Below, piece after piece: positions 15,001 to 28,676 of a stretch of 64,000 nucleotides of DNA; positions within the stretch are counted from its first letter, which is position 1; each line of letters opens with the position of its first letter. The stretch comes from Mobula hypostoma (taxonomy: Eukaryota), in assembly GCF_963921235.1 (NCBI RefSeq), contig NC_086108.1, forward strand, positions 31,126,001-31,190,000, in the 5' to 3' direction. A program made the translations under genes and the position numbers. The notes under the pieces were generated by a model. The model saw nothing but the letters and a program-made list of their open reading frames with translations. It was not told the origin of the DNA and searched no databases.

Positions 15001-18000
15001 ATCTCATATATCACCTCCCAGTTTCTCCCGTTATCCCCCATCCCCCTCACCTGGTCTCATATATCACTTCCCGGTTTCTCACCTTATCCCCCATCCCCCT
15101 CACCCTGTCTCATAAATCACCTCCCAGTTTCTCACCTTATCCCCCATTCCCCTCACCTCGTCTCATATATCACTTCCCAGTTTCTCACGTTATCCCCCAT
15201 CCCCGTCACCCGGTCTCATATATCACCTCCAAGTTTCTCACCTTATCCCCCATCGCCCTCACCTGGTCTCATGTATCACCTCCCACTTTCTCACCTTATC
15301 TCGCATCCCCCTCACCCGGTCTCATATATCACCTCCCAGTTTCTCACCTTATCCCCATCCCCTTCACCTCATCTCATGTATCACCTCCCAGTTTCTCACC
15401 TTATCCACCATCCCCCTCACCTGGTCTCATATATCACCTCCAAGTTTCTCACCTTATCCCCCATCGCCCTCACCTGGTCTCATATATCACTTCACATTTT
15501 CTCACCTTATCCCCCATCCCCCTCACCTCGTCTCATATATCACCACCCAGTTTCTCACGTTATCCCCCGTCCCGCTCACCTGGTCTCATATATCACCTCC
15601 CAGTTCCTCACGTTATCCCCCATCCCCCTCACCTGGTCTCATATATCACCTCCCAGTTTCTCACCTTACCCCCATCCCCCTCACCTGGTCTGAAATATCA
15701 CCTCCCGGTTTCTCACCTTATCTCCCATCCCCCTCACCTCAACTCATATATGACTTCACAGTTTCTCACCTTATCCCGCCTCCCCCTCACCCGGTCTCAT
15801 ATATCACCTCCCAGTATCTCACCTTATCACCCATCCCCCTCACCTCGTCTCATATATCACTTACCAGATGCTCACGTTATCCCCTTCCCCGTCACCTGGT
15901 CTCATATATCACCGCCCCGTTTCTCACGTTATCCCCCATCCCCCACACCTGGTCTCATACATAACCTCCCAGTTTCTCACGTTATCCTCTATCCACCTCA
16001 CCCGGTCTCATATATCACCTCCCAGTTTCTCACGTTATCCCACATCCCCCTCACATGGTCTCATATATCACCACCCAGTTTCTCACTTTATCCCCCATCC
16101 CCCTCACATGTTCTCATATATCACCTCCCAGTTTCTCACGTTATCCCCCATCCCCCTCACCTGGTCTCATATATCACCTCCCAGTTTCTCACCTTATCCC
16201 CCATCCCCCTCACACGGTCTCATATATCACTTCACATTTTCTCACCTTATCCCCCATCCCCCTCACCCGGTCTCATATATCACCTCCCAGTTTCTCACCT
16301 TACACCCATCCCTCTCACTTCGTCTCATATATCACTTCCCAGTTTCTCACGTTATCCCCCATCTCCCTCATCTGGTCTCATATATCACCTCCCAGTTTCT
16401 CACCTTACGCCCATCCCTCTCACTTCGTCTCATATATCACCTCCATGTTTCTCACCTTATCCCCCATCCCCCTCTCCTGGTCTCATATATCACCTCCCAG
16501 TTTCTCATGTTATCCCCCATCCCCCTCACCCGGTCTCATATATCACCTCCCAGTTTCTCACGTTATCCCACATCCCCCTCACCTGGTCTCATATATCACC
16601 TCCCCGTCTCTCACGTTATCCCCCATCCCCCTCACCTGGTCTCATAGATCACCTCCCAGTTTCTCACCTTATCCCCCATCCCCTTCACCTCGTCTCATAT
16701 ATCACTTCCCAGTTTCTCACGTTATCCCCCAAAGCCCTCACCTGGTCTCATATATCACCTCCAAATTTCTCACCTTATTCCCCCATCCCCCTCACCCGGT
16801 CTCATGTATCACCTCCCAGTTTCTCAAGTTATCCCCCATCCCCCTCCCCTGCTCTCATATATCACCTCCCAGTTTCTCACGTTATCCCCCGTCCCCCTCA
16901 CCTGGTCTCAAAGATCACCTCCCAGTTTCTCACCTTATCCCCCATCCCCCTCGCCCGGTCTCATATATCACATCCCAGTTTCTCACCTTTCCCCCATTCC
17001 CTTCACCTCGTCTCATATATCACTTCCCAGTTTCTCACGTTATTTCCCAACCCTCTCACCTGGTCTCATATATCACCTCCCAGTTTCACACCTTATTCCC
17101 CCATCCCCCTCACCTGGTCTCATACATCACGTCCCAGTTTCTCACGTTATCCCCCATCCCCGTCACCCGGTGTCATATATCACCTCCAAGTTTCTCACCT
17201 GATCCCCCATCCCCCTCACCTGGCCTCATATATATCCTCCCAGTTTCTCACCTTATCCCCCATCCCCCTCACCTCATTTCATATATCACCTACCTGTTTC
17301 TCACGTTATCCCCCGTCCCCCTCACCTGGTCTCATATGTCACCTCCCAGTTTCTCACCTTATCCCCCATTCCACTCACCTCGTCTCATATATCACCTCCC
17401 AGTTTCTCACGTTATCCCCCATCCCCCTCACCTGGTCTCATATATCACTTCACAGTTTCTCACCCTATCTCCCATCCTTCTCACCCGGTCTCATATATCA
17501 CCTCCCAGTTTCTCACGTTATCCCCCGTCCCGCTCAGCTGGTCTCATATATCACCTCCCAGTTTCTCACCTTATACCCCATCCCCCTCACCTTGTCTCAT
17601 ATATCACCTCCCGGTTTGTCACGTTATCCCCGATCCCCCTCTCCTGGTCTCATATATCACCTCCCAGTTTGTCACGTTATCCTCCATCCCACTCACCGGG
17701 TCTCAAATATCACCTCCCAGTTTCTCACGTTATCCCCCATCCCCTTCACCTGGTCTCATATATCACCTCCCAGATCCTCATGTTATGTCCCATCCCCCTC
17801 ACCTGGTCTCATATATCACCTCCCAGTTTCTCACCTTATCCCCCATCCCCCTCACCTGGTCTCATATATCACCTCCCAGTTTCTCACGTTATCCCCCATT
17901 CCGCTCACCTGGTATCATATATCACCTCCCAGTTTCTCACCTTATCCCCCATCCCACTCTCCTGGTCTCATATATCACCTCCTAGTTTCTCAGGTTATCC

Positions 18001-21000
18001 CCGGACCCCTCACATTCTCTCATATATCACCTCCAAGTTTCTCACGTTATCCCCCGGTCCCCCTCACCTGGTCTCATATATCACCTCCCAGTTTCTCACC
18101 TTATCCCCCATCCCCCTCACCTGGTCTCATATATCACCTCCCAGTTTCTCACGTTATCCCCCATTCCCCTCACCTGGTATCATATATCACCTCCCAGTTT
18201 CTCACCTTATCCCCCATCCCACTCTCCTGGTCTCATATATCACCTCCTAGTTTCTCAGGTTATCCCCGGACCCCTCACATTCTCTCATATATCACCTCCA
18301 AGTTTCTCACGTTATCCCCCGGTCCCCCTCACCTGGTCTCATATATCACCTCCCAGTTTCTCACCTTATTCCCGCATCCCCCTCACCTCGTCTCATATAT
18401 CACCTCCCAGTTTCTCACGTTATCCCCCGTCCCCCTCACCTGGTCTCAAAGATCACCTCCCAGTTTCTCACCTTATCCCCCATCCCCCTCGCCCGGTCTC
18501 ATATATCACATCCCAGTTTCTCACCTTTCCCCCATTCCCTTCACCTCGTCTCATATATCACTTCCCAGTTTCTCACGTTATTTCCCAACCCTCTCACCTG
18601 GTCTCATATATCACCTCCCAGTTTCACACCTTATTCCCCCATCCCCCTCACCTGGTCTCATACATCACGTCCCAGTTTCTCACGTTATCCCCCATCCCCG
18701 TCACCCGGTGTCATATATCACCTCCAAGTTTCTCACCTGATCCCCCATCCCCCTCACCTGGCCTCATATATATCCTCCCAGTTTCTCACCTTATCCCCCA
18801 TCCCCCTCACCTCATTTCATATATCACCTACCTGTTTCTCACGTTATCCCCCGTCCCCCTCACCTGGTCTCATATGTCACCTCCCAGTTTCTCACCTTAT
18901 CCCCCATTCCACTCACCTCGTCTCATATATCACCTCCCAGTTTCTCACGTTATCCCCCATCCCCCTCACCTGGTCTCATATATCACTTCACAGTTTCTCA
19001 CCCTATCTCCCATCCTTCTCACCCGGTCTCATATATCACCTCCCAGTTTCTCACGTTATCCCCCGTCCCGCTCAGCTGGTCTCATATATCACCTCCCAGT
19101 TTCTCACCTTATACCCCATCCCCCTCACCTTGTCTCATATATCACCTCCCGGTTTGTCACGTTATCCCCGATCCCCCTCTCCTGGTCTCATATATCACCT
19201 CCCAGTTTGTCACGTTATCCTCCATCCCACTCACCGGGTCTCAAATATCACCTCCCAGTTTCTCACGTTATCCCCCATCCCCTTCACCTGGTCTCATATA
19301 TCACCTCCCAGATCCTCATGTTATGTCCCATCCCCCTCACCTGGTCTCATATATCACCTCCCAGTTTCTCACCTTATCCCCCATCCACCTCACCTGGTCT
19401 CATAAATCACCTCCCGGTTTCTCACCTTATCCCCCATCCCCCTCACCTGCTCTCATCTATTACCTCCCGGTTTCTCACGTTATACCCCGTCCCCCTCACT
19501 CGGTCTCATATATCACCTCCCAGTTTCTCAAGTTATCCCCCATCCCCCTCACTCGGTATCATATATCACCTACCAGTTTCTCACCTTATCTCCCATCCCC
19601 CTCACCTCATCTCATATATCACTTCACAGTTTCTCATCTTATCCCCCATACACCTCACCCGGTCTCATATATCACCTCCCAGTTTCTCATGTTATCCCCC
19701 ATCCCCATCACCTGGTCTCAATTATCACTTCGCAGTTTCTCACCTTATCCACCATCCCCCTCACCCGGTCTCATATGTCACCGCCCTGTTTCTCACCTTA
19801 TCCCCCATCCCACTGACCTCGTTTCATATATCACTTCACAGTTTCTCACCTTATCCCTCATCCTCCTAACCCGGTCTCAACATCACCTCCCAGTTTCGCA
19901 CGTTATCCCCCGTCCCCCTCACCTGGTCTCATATATCACCTCCCAGTTTCTAACATTATCCCCCATCCCCCTCACCTGTTCTCATATATCACCTCCCAGT
20001 TTCTCACGTTATCCCCCGTCCCCCTCACCTGGTCTCATATATCACCTCTCACTTTCTCACGTTATCCCCCGTCCCCCTCACCTGGTCTCAAAGATCACCG
20101 CCCAGTTTCTCACCTTATCTCCCGTCCCCCTCGCCGGTCTCATATATTACCTCCCAGTTTCTCAGCTTTCCCCCATCCCCTTCACCTCGTCTCATATATC
20201 ACTCCCAGTTTCTCACGTTATCCCTTAACCCCCTCACCTGGTCTCATATATCACCTCCAAATTTCTCTCCTTATTCCCCCATCCCCCTCACCTGGTCTCA
20301 TATATCACCTCCCAGTTTCTCACGTTATCCCTCATCCCTCTCACCTGGTCTCATTTATCACCTCCCCGTTTCTGATTTTATCCCCCATCCCCCTCACCTC
20401 ATCTCATATATCACCTCCCAGTTTCTCCCGTTATCCCCCATCCCCCTCACCTGGTCTCATATATCACTTCCCGGTTTCTCACCTTATCCCCCATCCCCCT
20501 CACCCGGTCTCATAAATCACCTCCCAGTTTCTCACCTTATCCCCCATCCACCTCACATCGTCTCATATATCACTTCCCAGTTTCTCACGTTATCCCCCAT
20601 CCCCGTCACCCGGTATCATATATCACCTCCAAGTTTCTCACCTTATCCCCCATCGCCCTCACCTGGTCTCATGTATCACCTCCCACTTTCTCACCTTATC
20701 CCCCATCCCCCTCACCTCGTCTCATATATCACCACCCAGTTTCTCACGTTATCCCCCGTCCCGCTCACCTGGTCTCATATATCACCTCCCAGTTCCTCAC
20801 GTTATCCCCCATCCCCTTCACCTGGTCTCATATATCACCTCCCAGTTTCTCACCTTATCCCCCATCCCCCTCACCTGGTCTCATATATCACCTCCCGGTT
20901 TCTCACCTTATCCCCCATCCCCCTCACATCATCTCATATATCACTTCACATTTTCTCACCTTATCCCGCATCCCCCTCACCCGGTCTCATATATCACCTC

Positions 21001-23039
21001 CCAGTTTCTCACCTTATCCCCCATCCCCCTCACCTCGTCTCATATATCACTTACCAGTTGCTCACGTAAACCCCTTCCCCGTCACCTGGTCTCATATATC
21101 ACCCCCCGTTTCTCACGTTATCCCCCATCGCCCTGACCCGGTATCATAGATCACCTCCCAGTTGCTCAAGTTATCCCCTATCCTCCTCACCTGGTCTCAT
21201 ATATCACCTCCCAGTTTCTCACCTTATCCCCATCCCCTTCACCTCATCTCATGTATCACCTCCCAGTTTCTCAGCTTATCCACCATCCCCCTCACCTGGT
21301 CTCATATATCACCTCCCAGTTTCTCACGTTATCCCCCATCCCCCTCACCCCATCTCATATATCACCTCCCAGTTTATCACGTTATCCCTCATCCCACTCT
21401 CCTGGTCTCATATATCACCTCCCCGTTTCTCAGGTTTTCCCCCATCCCCCTCACCTGGTCTCATACATAACCTCCCAGTTTCTCACGTTATCCCCTATCC
21501 CCCTCACTCGGTCTCATATATCACCTACCTGTTTCTCACCTTATCTCCCATCCCCCTCACCTCATCTCATATATCACTTCACAGTTTCTCATCTTATCCC
21601 CCATACCCCTCACCCGGTCTCATATATCACCTCCCAGTTTCTCACGTTATCCCCCATCCCCATCACCTGGTCTCAATTATCACTTCGCTGTTTCTCACCT
21701 TATCCCCCATCCCCCTCACCCGGTCTCATATATCACCGCCCTGTTTCTCACCTTATCCCCCATCCCACTGACCTCGTTTCATATATCACTTCACAGTTTC
21801 TCACCTTATCCCTCATCCCCCTAACCCGGTCACATACATCACCTCCCAGTTTCTCACGTTATCCCCCGTCCCCCTCACCTGGTCTCATATATCACCTCCC
21901 AGTTTCTCACGTTATCCGCCGTCCCCCTCACCTGGTCTCATATATCACCTCTCACTTTCTCACGTTATCCCCCGTCCCCCTCACCTGGTCTCAAAGATCA
22001 CCTCCCAGTTTCTCACCTTATCTCCCGTCCCCCTCGCCCGGTCTCATATATTACCTCCCAATTTCTCACCTTTCCCCCATCCCCTTCACCTCGTCTCATA
22101 TATCACTTCCAGGTTTCTCACGTTATCCCTTAACCCCCTCACCTGGTCTCATATATCACCTCCAAATTTCTCTCCTTATTCTCCTATCCCCCTCACCTGG
22201 TCTCATATATCACCTCCCAGTTTCTCACGTTATCCCCCATTCCCCTCACCTGGTATCATATATCACCTCCCAGTTTCTCACCTTATCCCCCATCCCACTC
22301 TCCTGGTCTCATATATCACCTCCTAGTTTCTCAGGTTATCCCCGGACCCCTCACATTCTCTCATATATCACCTCCAAGTTTCTCACGTTATCCCCCGGTC
22401 CCCCTCACCTGGTCTCATATATCACCTCCCAGTTTCTCACCTTATTCCCGCATCCCCCTCACCTCGTCTCATATATCACCTCCCAGTTTCTCACGTTATC
22501 CCCCGTTCCCCTCACCTGGTCTCATATATCACCTCCCCGTTTCTCACGTTATCCCCCATCCCCCTCACCTGGTCTCACAGAGCACCTCCCAGTTTCAACC
22601 TTATCCACCATCCCCCTCGCCCGGTCTCATATATCACATCCCAGTTTCTCACCTTTCCCCCATCCCCTTCACCTCGTCTCATATATCACTTCCCAGTTTC
22701 TCACGTTATTTCCCAACCCCCTCACCTGGTCTCATATATCACCTCCCAGTTTCTCACCTTATTCCCCCATGCCCCTCACCTGGTCTCATACATCACGTCC
22801 CAGTTTCTCACGTTATCCCCCATCCCCGTCACCCGGTGTCATATATCACCTCCAAGTTTCTCACCTGATCCCCCATCCCCCTCACCTGGCCTCATATATA
22901 TCCTCCCAGTTTCTCACCTTATCCCCCATCCCCCTCACCTCATTTCATATATCACCTACCTGTTTCTCACTTTATCCCCCGTCCCCCTCACCTGGTCGCA
23001 TATGTCACCTCCCAGTTTCTCACCTTATCCCCCATTCCA
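1..23039 (+). repeat. 53-bp tandem satellite array, segment 1 (runs off the window start)
   Basis: TTATCCCCCATCCCCCTCACC..GTCTCATA.ATCACCTCCCAGTTTCTCAC recurs at positions 1, 54 and onward with a 53-bp period. Monomers carry a few substitutions each and occasional 1-bp indels, all head-to-tail in one orientation. Confidence 0.98.
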
Positions 23040-23040
23040 G

Positions 23041-23689
23041 CCGATTAGGAAAAGGGGAGGTGCAACGAGACCTGGGTGTTATTATACACCAGTCATTGAA
23101 AGTGGGCATGCAGGTACAGCAGGCGGTGAAAAAGGCGAACGGTATGCTGGCATTTATAGCGAGAGGATTCGAGTACAGGAGCAGGGAGGTACTACTGCAG
23201 TTGTACAAGGCCTTGGTGAGACCACACCTGGAGTATTGTGTGCAGTTTTGGTCCCCTAATCTGAGGAAAGACATCTTTGCCATAGAGGGAGTACAAAGAA
23301 GGTTCACCAGATTGATTCCTGGAATGGCAGGTCTTTCATATGAAGAAAGACTGGATGAACTGGGCTTGTACTCGTTGGAATTTAGAAGATTGAGGGGGGA
23401 TCTGATTGAAACGTATAAGATCCTAAAGGGATTGGACAGGCTAGATGTGGGAAGATTGTTCCCGATGTTGGGGAGGTCCAGAACGAGGGGTCACAGTTTG
23501 AGGATAGAGGGGAAGCCTTTTAGGACCGAGATTAGGAAAAACTTCTTCACACACAGGGTGGTGAATCTGTGGAATTCTCTGCCACAGGAAACTGTTGAGG
23601 CCAGTTCACTGGATATGTTTAAGAGGGAGTTAGATATGGCCCTTGTGGCTACAGGGGTCAGGGGGTATGGAGGGAAGGCTGGGTTCTGA
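23041..23689 (+). pseudogene. C-terminal fragment of CR1 ORF2 (region downstream of the RT core)
   Basis: Translates as RLGKGEVQRDLGVII...LYKALVRPHLEYCVQFWSP...VRGYGGKAGF*, nearly identical to the end of ORF 30987-33305. No endonuclease or FADD core. Confidence 0.9.
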
Positions 23690-23722
23690 GTTGGATGATC
23701 AGCCATGATCATAATAAATGGC

Positions 23723-23787
23723 GGTGCAGGCTCGAAGGGCCGAATGGCCTACTCCTGCACCTATTTTCTATGTTTCTATGTTTCTAT
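23723..23787 (+). other. CR1 3' terminal stem-loop and octamer microsatellite tail (truncated copy)
   Basis: GGTGCAGG (23723-23730) pairs with CCTGCACC (23754-23761), with an inner GGCC-GAAT-GGCC hairpin, followed by (TTTCTATG)2 TTTCTAT. A 3' hairpin plus short tandem tail is typical of CR1. Confidence 0.85.
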
Positions 23788-26700
23788 ATATCACCTCCCA
23801 GTTTCTCATGTAATCCCCCAACCTCCTCACCTGGTCTCATATATCACTTCACAGTTTCTTACCCCATCTCCCATCCTTCTCACCCGGTCTCATATATCAC
23901 CTCCCAGTTTCTCATCTTATCCTCCATCCCCCTCACCTGGTCTCATATATCACCTCCAAATTTCTCTCCTTATTCCCCCATCCCCCTCACCTGGTCTCAT
24001 ATATCACCTCCCAGTTTCTCACCTTATCCCCCATCCCCCTCACCTGTTCTCATATATCACCTCCTAGTTTCTCAGGTTATCCCCGGTCCCCCTCACATTC
24101 TCTCATATATCACCTCCAAGTTTCTCACGTTATCCCCGGTCCCCCTCACCTAGTCTCATATATCACCTCCCAGTTTCTCACCTTATTCCCGCATCCCCCT
24201 CACTTCGTCTCATATATCACCTCCCAGTTTCTCACGTTATCCCCCGTTCCCCTCACCTGGTCTCCTATATCACCTCCCAGTTTCTCACGTTAACTCCCAT
24301 CCCCCTCACCTGCTCTCATATATCACCTCCCCGTTTCTCACGTTATCCCCCATCCCCCTCACCCGGTCTCATATATCACATCCCAGTTTCTCACCTTTCC
24401 CCCATCCCCTTCACCTCGTCTCATATATCACTTCCCAGTTTCTCACGTTATTTCCCAACCCCCTCACCTGGTCTCATATATCACCTCCCAGTTTCTCACC
24501 TTATTCCCCCATGCCCCTCACCTGGTCTCATACATCACGTCCCAGTTTCTCACGTTATCCCCCATCCCCGTCACCCGGTGTCATATATCACCTCCAAGTT
24601 TCTCACCTGATCCCCCATCCCCCTCACCTGGCCTCATATATATCTTCCCAGTTTCTCACCTTATCCCCCATCCCCCTCACCTCATTTCATATATCACCTA
24701 CCTCTTTCTCACGTTATCCCCCGTCCCCCTCACCTGGTCTCATATGTCACCTCCCAGTTTCTCACCTTATCCCCCATTCCACTCACATCGTCTCATATAT
24801 CACCTCCCAGTTTCTCACGTTATCCCCCATCCCCCTCACCTGGTCTCATATATCACTTCACAGTTTCTCACCTTATCTCCCATCCTTCTCATCCGGTCTC
24901 ATATATCACCTCCCAGTTTCTCATCTTATCCTCCATCCCCCTCACCTGGTCTCATATATCACCTCCCAGTTTCTCAACTTATACCCCATCCCCCTCACCT
25001 CGTCTCATATGTCACCTCCCAGTTTCTCACGTTATCTCCCATCCCCCTGACCTGGTCTCATATATCACCTCCCAGTTTGTCACGTTATCCTCCATCCCAC
25101 TCACCGGGTCTCAAATATCTCCTCCCAATTTCTCACCTTATCCCCCATCCCCCTCACCTGGTCTCATATATCACCTCCCAGATCCTCATGTTATCTCCCA
25201 TCCCCCTCACCTGGTCTCATATATCACCTCCCAGTTTCTCACCTTATCCCCCATCCACCTCACCTGGTCTCATATATCACCTCCCGGTTTCTCACTTTAT
25301 CCCCCATCCCCCTCACCTGCTCTCATATATCACCTCCCGGTTTCTCACGTTATCCCCCATCCCCCTCACCTGGTCTCACAGAGCACCTCCCAGTTTCTCA
25401 CCTTATCCCCCATCCCCCTCGCCCGTTCTCATATATCACATCCCAGTTTCTCACCTTTCCCCCATCCCCTTCACCTCGTCTCATATATCACTTCACAGTT
25501 TCTCACGTTATCCCCCATCCCCCTCACTCGGTCTCATATATCACCTCCCAGTTTCTCACGTTATCCCCCATCCCCCTCACTCGGTCTCATATATCACCTA
25601 CCAGTTTCTCACTTATCTCCCATCCCCCTCACCTCATCTCATATATCACTTCACAGTTTCTCATCTTATCCCCCATACCCCTCACCCGGTCTCATATATC
25701 ACCTCCCAGTTTCTCACGTTATCCCCCATCCCCATCACCTGGTCTCAATTATCACTTCGCCGTTTCTCACCTTATCCCCCATCCCCCTCACCCGGTCTCA
25801 TATATCACCGCCCTGTTTCTCACCTTATCCCCCATCCCACTGACCTCGTTTCATATATCACTTCACAGTTTCTCACCTTATCCCTCATCCCCCTAACCCG
25901 GTCTCATACATCACCTCCCAGTTTCTCACGTTATCCGCCGTCCCCCTCACCTGGTCTCATATATCACCTCTCACTTTCTCACGTTATCCCCCGTCCCCCT
26001 CACCTGGTCTCAAAGATCACCTCCCAGTTTCTCACCTTATCTCCCGTCCCCCTCACCTGGTCTCATATATTACCTCCCAATTTCTCACCTTTCCCCCATC
26101 CCCTTCACCTCGTCTCATATATCACTTCCAGGTTTCTCACGTTATCCCTTATCCCCCTCACCTGGTCTCATATATCACCTCCAAATTTCTCTCCTTATTC
26201 TCCCATCCCCCTCACCTAGTCTCATATATCACCTCCCAGTTTCTCACGTTATCCCCCATTCCCCTCACCTGGTATCATATATCACCTCCCAGTTTCTCAC
26301 CTTATCCCCCATCCCACTCTCCTGGTCTCATAGATCACCTCCCAGTTTCTCACCTTATCCCCCATCTCCCTCACCTGTTCTCATATATCACCTCCTAGTT
26401 TCTCAGGTTATCCCCGGTCCCCCTCACATTCTCTCATATATCACCTCCCAGTTTCTCACGTTATCCCCCGTTCCCCTCATCTGGTCTCATATATCACCTC
26501 CCCGTTTCTCACGTTATCCCCCATCCCCCTCACCTGGTCTCACAGAGCACCTCCCAGTTTCTCACCTTATCCCCCATCCCCCTCGCCCGGTCTCATATAT
26601 CACATCCCAGTTTCTCACCTTTCCCCCATCCCCTTCACCTCGTCTCATATATCACTTCCCAGTTTCTCACGTTATTTCCCAACCCCCTCACCTGGTCTCA

Positions 26701-28663
26701 TATATCACCTCCCAGTTTCTCACGTTAACTCCCATCCCCCTCACCTGCTCTCATATATCACCTCCCCGTTTCTCACGTTATCCCCCATCCCCCTCACCTG
26801 GTCTCACAGAGCACCTCCCAGTTTCTCACCTTATCCCCCATCCCCCTCGCCCGGTCTCATATATCACATCCCAGTTTCTCACCTTTCCCCCATCCCCTTC
26901 ACCTCGTCTCATATATCTCTTCCCAGTTTCTCACGTTATTTCCCAACCCCCTCACCTGGTCTCATATATCACCTCCCAGTTTCTCACCTTATTCCCCCAT
27001 GCCATTCACCTGGTCTCATACATCACGTCCCAGTTTCTCACGTTATCCCCCATCCCCATCACCCGGTGTCATATATCACCTCCAAGTTTCTCACCTGATC
27101 CCCCATCCCCCTCACCTGGCCTCATATATATCCTCCCAGTTTCTCACCTTATCCCCCATCCCCCTCACCTCATTTCATATATCACCTACCTGTTTCTCAC
27201 GTTATCCCCCGTCCCCCTCACCTGTTCTCATATGTCACCTCCCAGTTTCTCACCTTATCCCCCATTCCACTCACCTCATCTCATATATCACCTCCCAGTT
27301 TCTCACGTTATCCCCCATCCCCCTCACCTGGTCTCATATATCACTTCACAGTTTCTCACCCTATCTCCCATCCTTCTCACCCGGTCTCATATATCACCTC
27401 CCAGTTTCTCATCTTATCCTCCATCCCCCTCACCTGGTCTCATATATCACCTCCCAGTTTCTCACCTTATACCCCATCCCCCTCACCTCGTCTCCTATAT
27501 CACCTCCCAGTTTCTCACGTTATCTCCCATCCCCCTGACCTGGTCTCATATATCACCTCCCAATTTCTCACCTTATCCCCCATCCTCCTCACCTGGTCTC
27601 ATATATCACCTCCCAGATCCTCATGTTATCTCCCATCCCCCTCACCTGGTCTCATATATCACCTCCCAGTTTCTCACCTTATCCCCCATCCACCTCACCT
27701 GGTCTCATATATCACCTCCCGGTTTCTCACTTTATCCCCCATCCCCCTCACCTGCTCTCATATATCACCTCCCGGTTTCTCACGTTATACCCCGTCCCCC
27801 TCACTCGGTCTCATATATCACCTCCCAGTTTTTCACGTTATCCCCCATCCCCCTCACTCGGTCTCATATATCACCTACCAGTTTCTCACCTTATCTCCCA
27901 TCCCCCTCACCTCATCTCATATATCACTTCACAGTTTCTCATCTTATCCCCCATACCCCTCACCCGGTCTCATATATCACCGCCCTGTTTCTCACCTTAT
28001 CCCCCATCCCACTGACCTCGTTTCATATATCACTTCACAGTTTCTCACCTTATCCCTCATCCCCCTAACCCGGTCTCATACATCACCTCCCAGTTTCTCA
28101 CGTTATCCCCCGTCCCCCTCACCTGGTCTCATATATCACCTCCCAGTTTCTAACATTATCCCCCATCCCCCTCACCTGTTCTCATATATCACCTCCCAGT
28201 TTCTCACGTTATCCCCCGTCCCCCTCACCTGGTCTCAAAGATCACCTCCCAGTTTCTCACCTTATCTCCCGTCCCCCTCGCCCGGTCTCATATATTACCT
28301 CCCAGTTTCTCACCTTTCCCCCATCCCCTTCACCTCGTCTCATATATCACTTCCAGGTTTCTCACGTTATCCCTTAACCCCCTCACCTGGTCTCATATAT
28401 CACCTCCAAATTTCTCTCCTTATTCTCCCATCCCCCTCACCTGGTCTCATATATCACCTCCCAGTTTCTCACGTTATCCCCCAGTCCCCTCACCTGGTAT
28501 CATATATCACCTCCCAGTTTCTCACCTTATCCCCCATCCCACTCTCCTGGTCTCATAGATCACCTCCCAGTTTCTCACCTTATTCCCGCATCCCCCTCAC
28601 CTCGTCTCATATATCACCTCCCAGTTTCTCACGTTATCCCTCGTTCCCCTCACCTGGTCTCAT
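23788..28663 (+). repeat. 53-bp tandem satellite array, segment 2 (between the two LINEs)
   Basis: Same monomer and orientation. Resumes at ATATCACCTCCC and ends at ...CACCTGGTCTCAT. Confidence 0.98.
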
Positions 28664-28676
28664 ATTTAAAAGGCAG

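Larger units (their letters stand above)
23040..23787 (+). mobile_element. 5'-truncated CR1-clade LINE (3' 748 bp)
   Basis: Aligns without gaps to 32656-33403 of the full-length copy, with about 17 substitutions by manual count. Contains the ORF2 C-terminal region, the 3' UTR stem-loop and the TTTCTATG TTTCTATG TTTCTAT tail. Abrupt switch from C-rich satellite to purine-rich sequence at 23040. Confidence 0.96.

Noticed and set aside
21251..23689. 812-aa ORF fusing satellite peptide to the CR1 ORF2 C-terminus
   Set aside because: The satellite is open in most frames, so an in-frame join is expected by chance. The fragment lacks the RT core and there is no promoter evidence.
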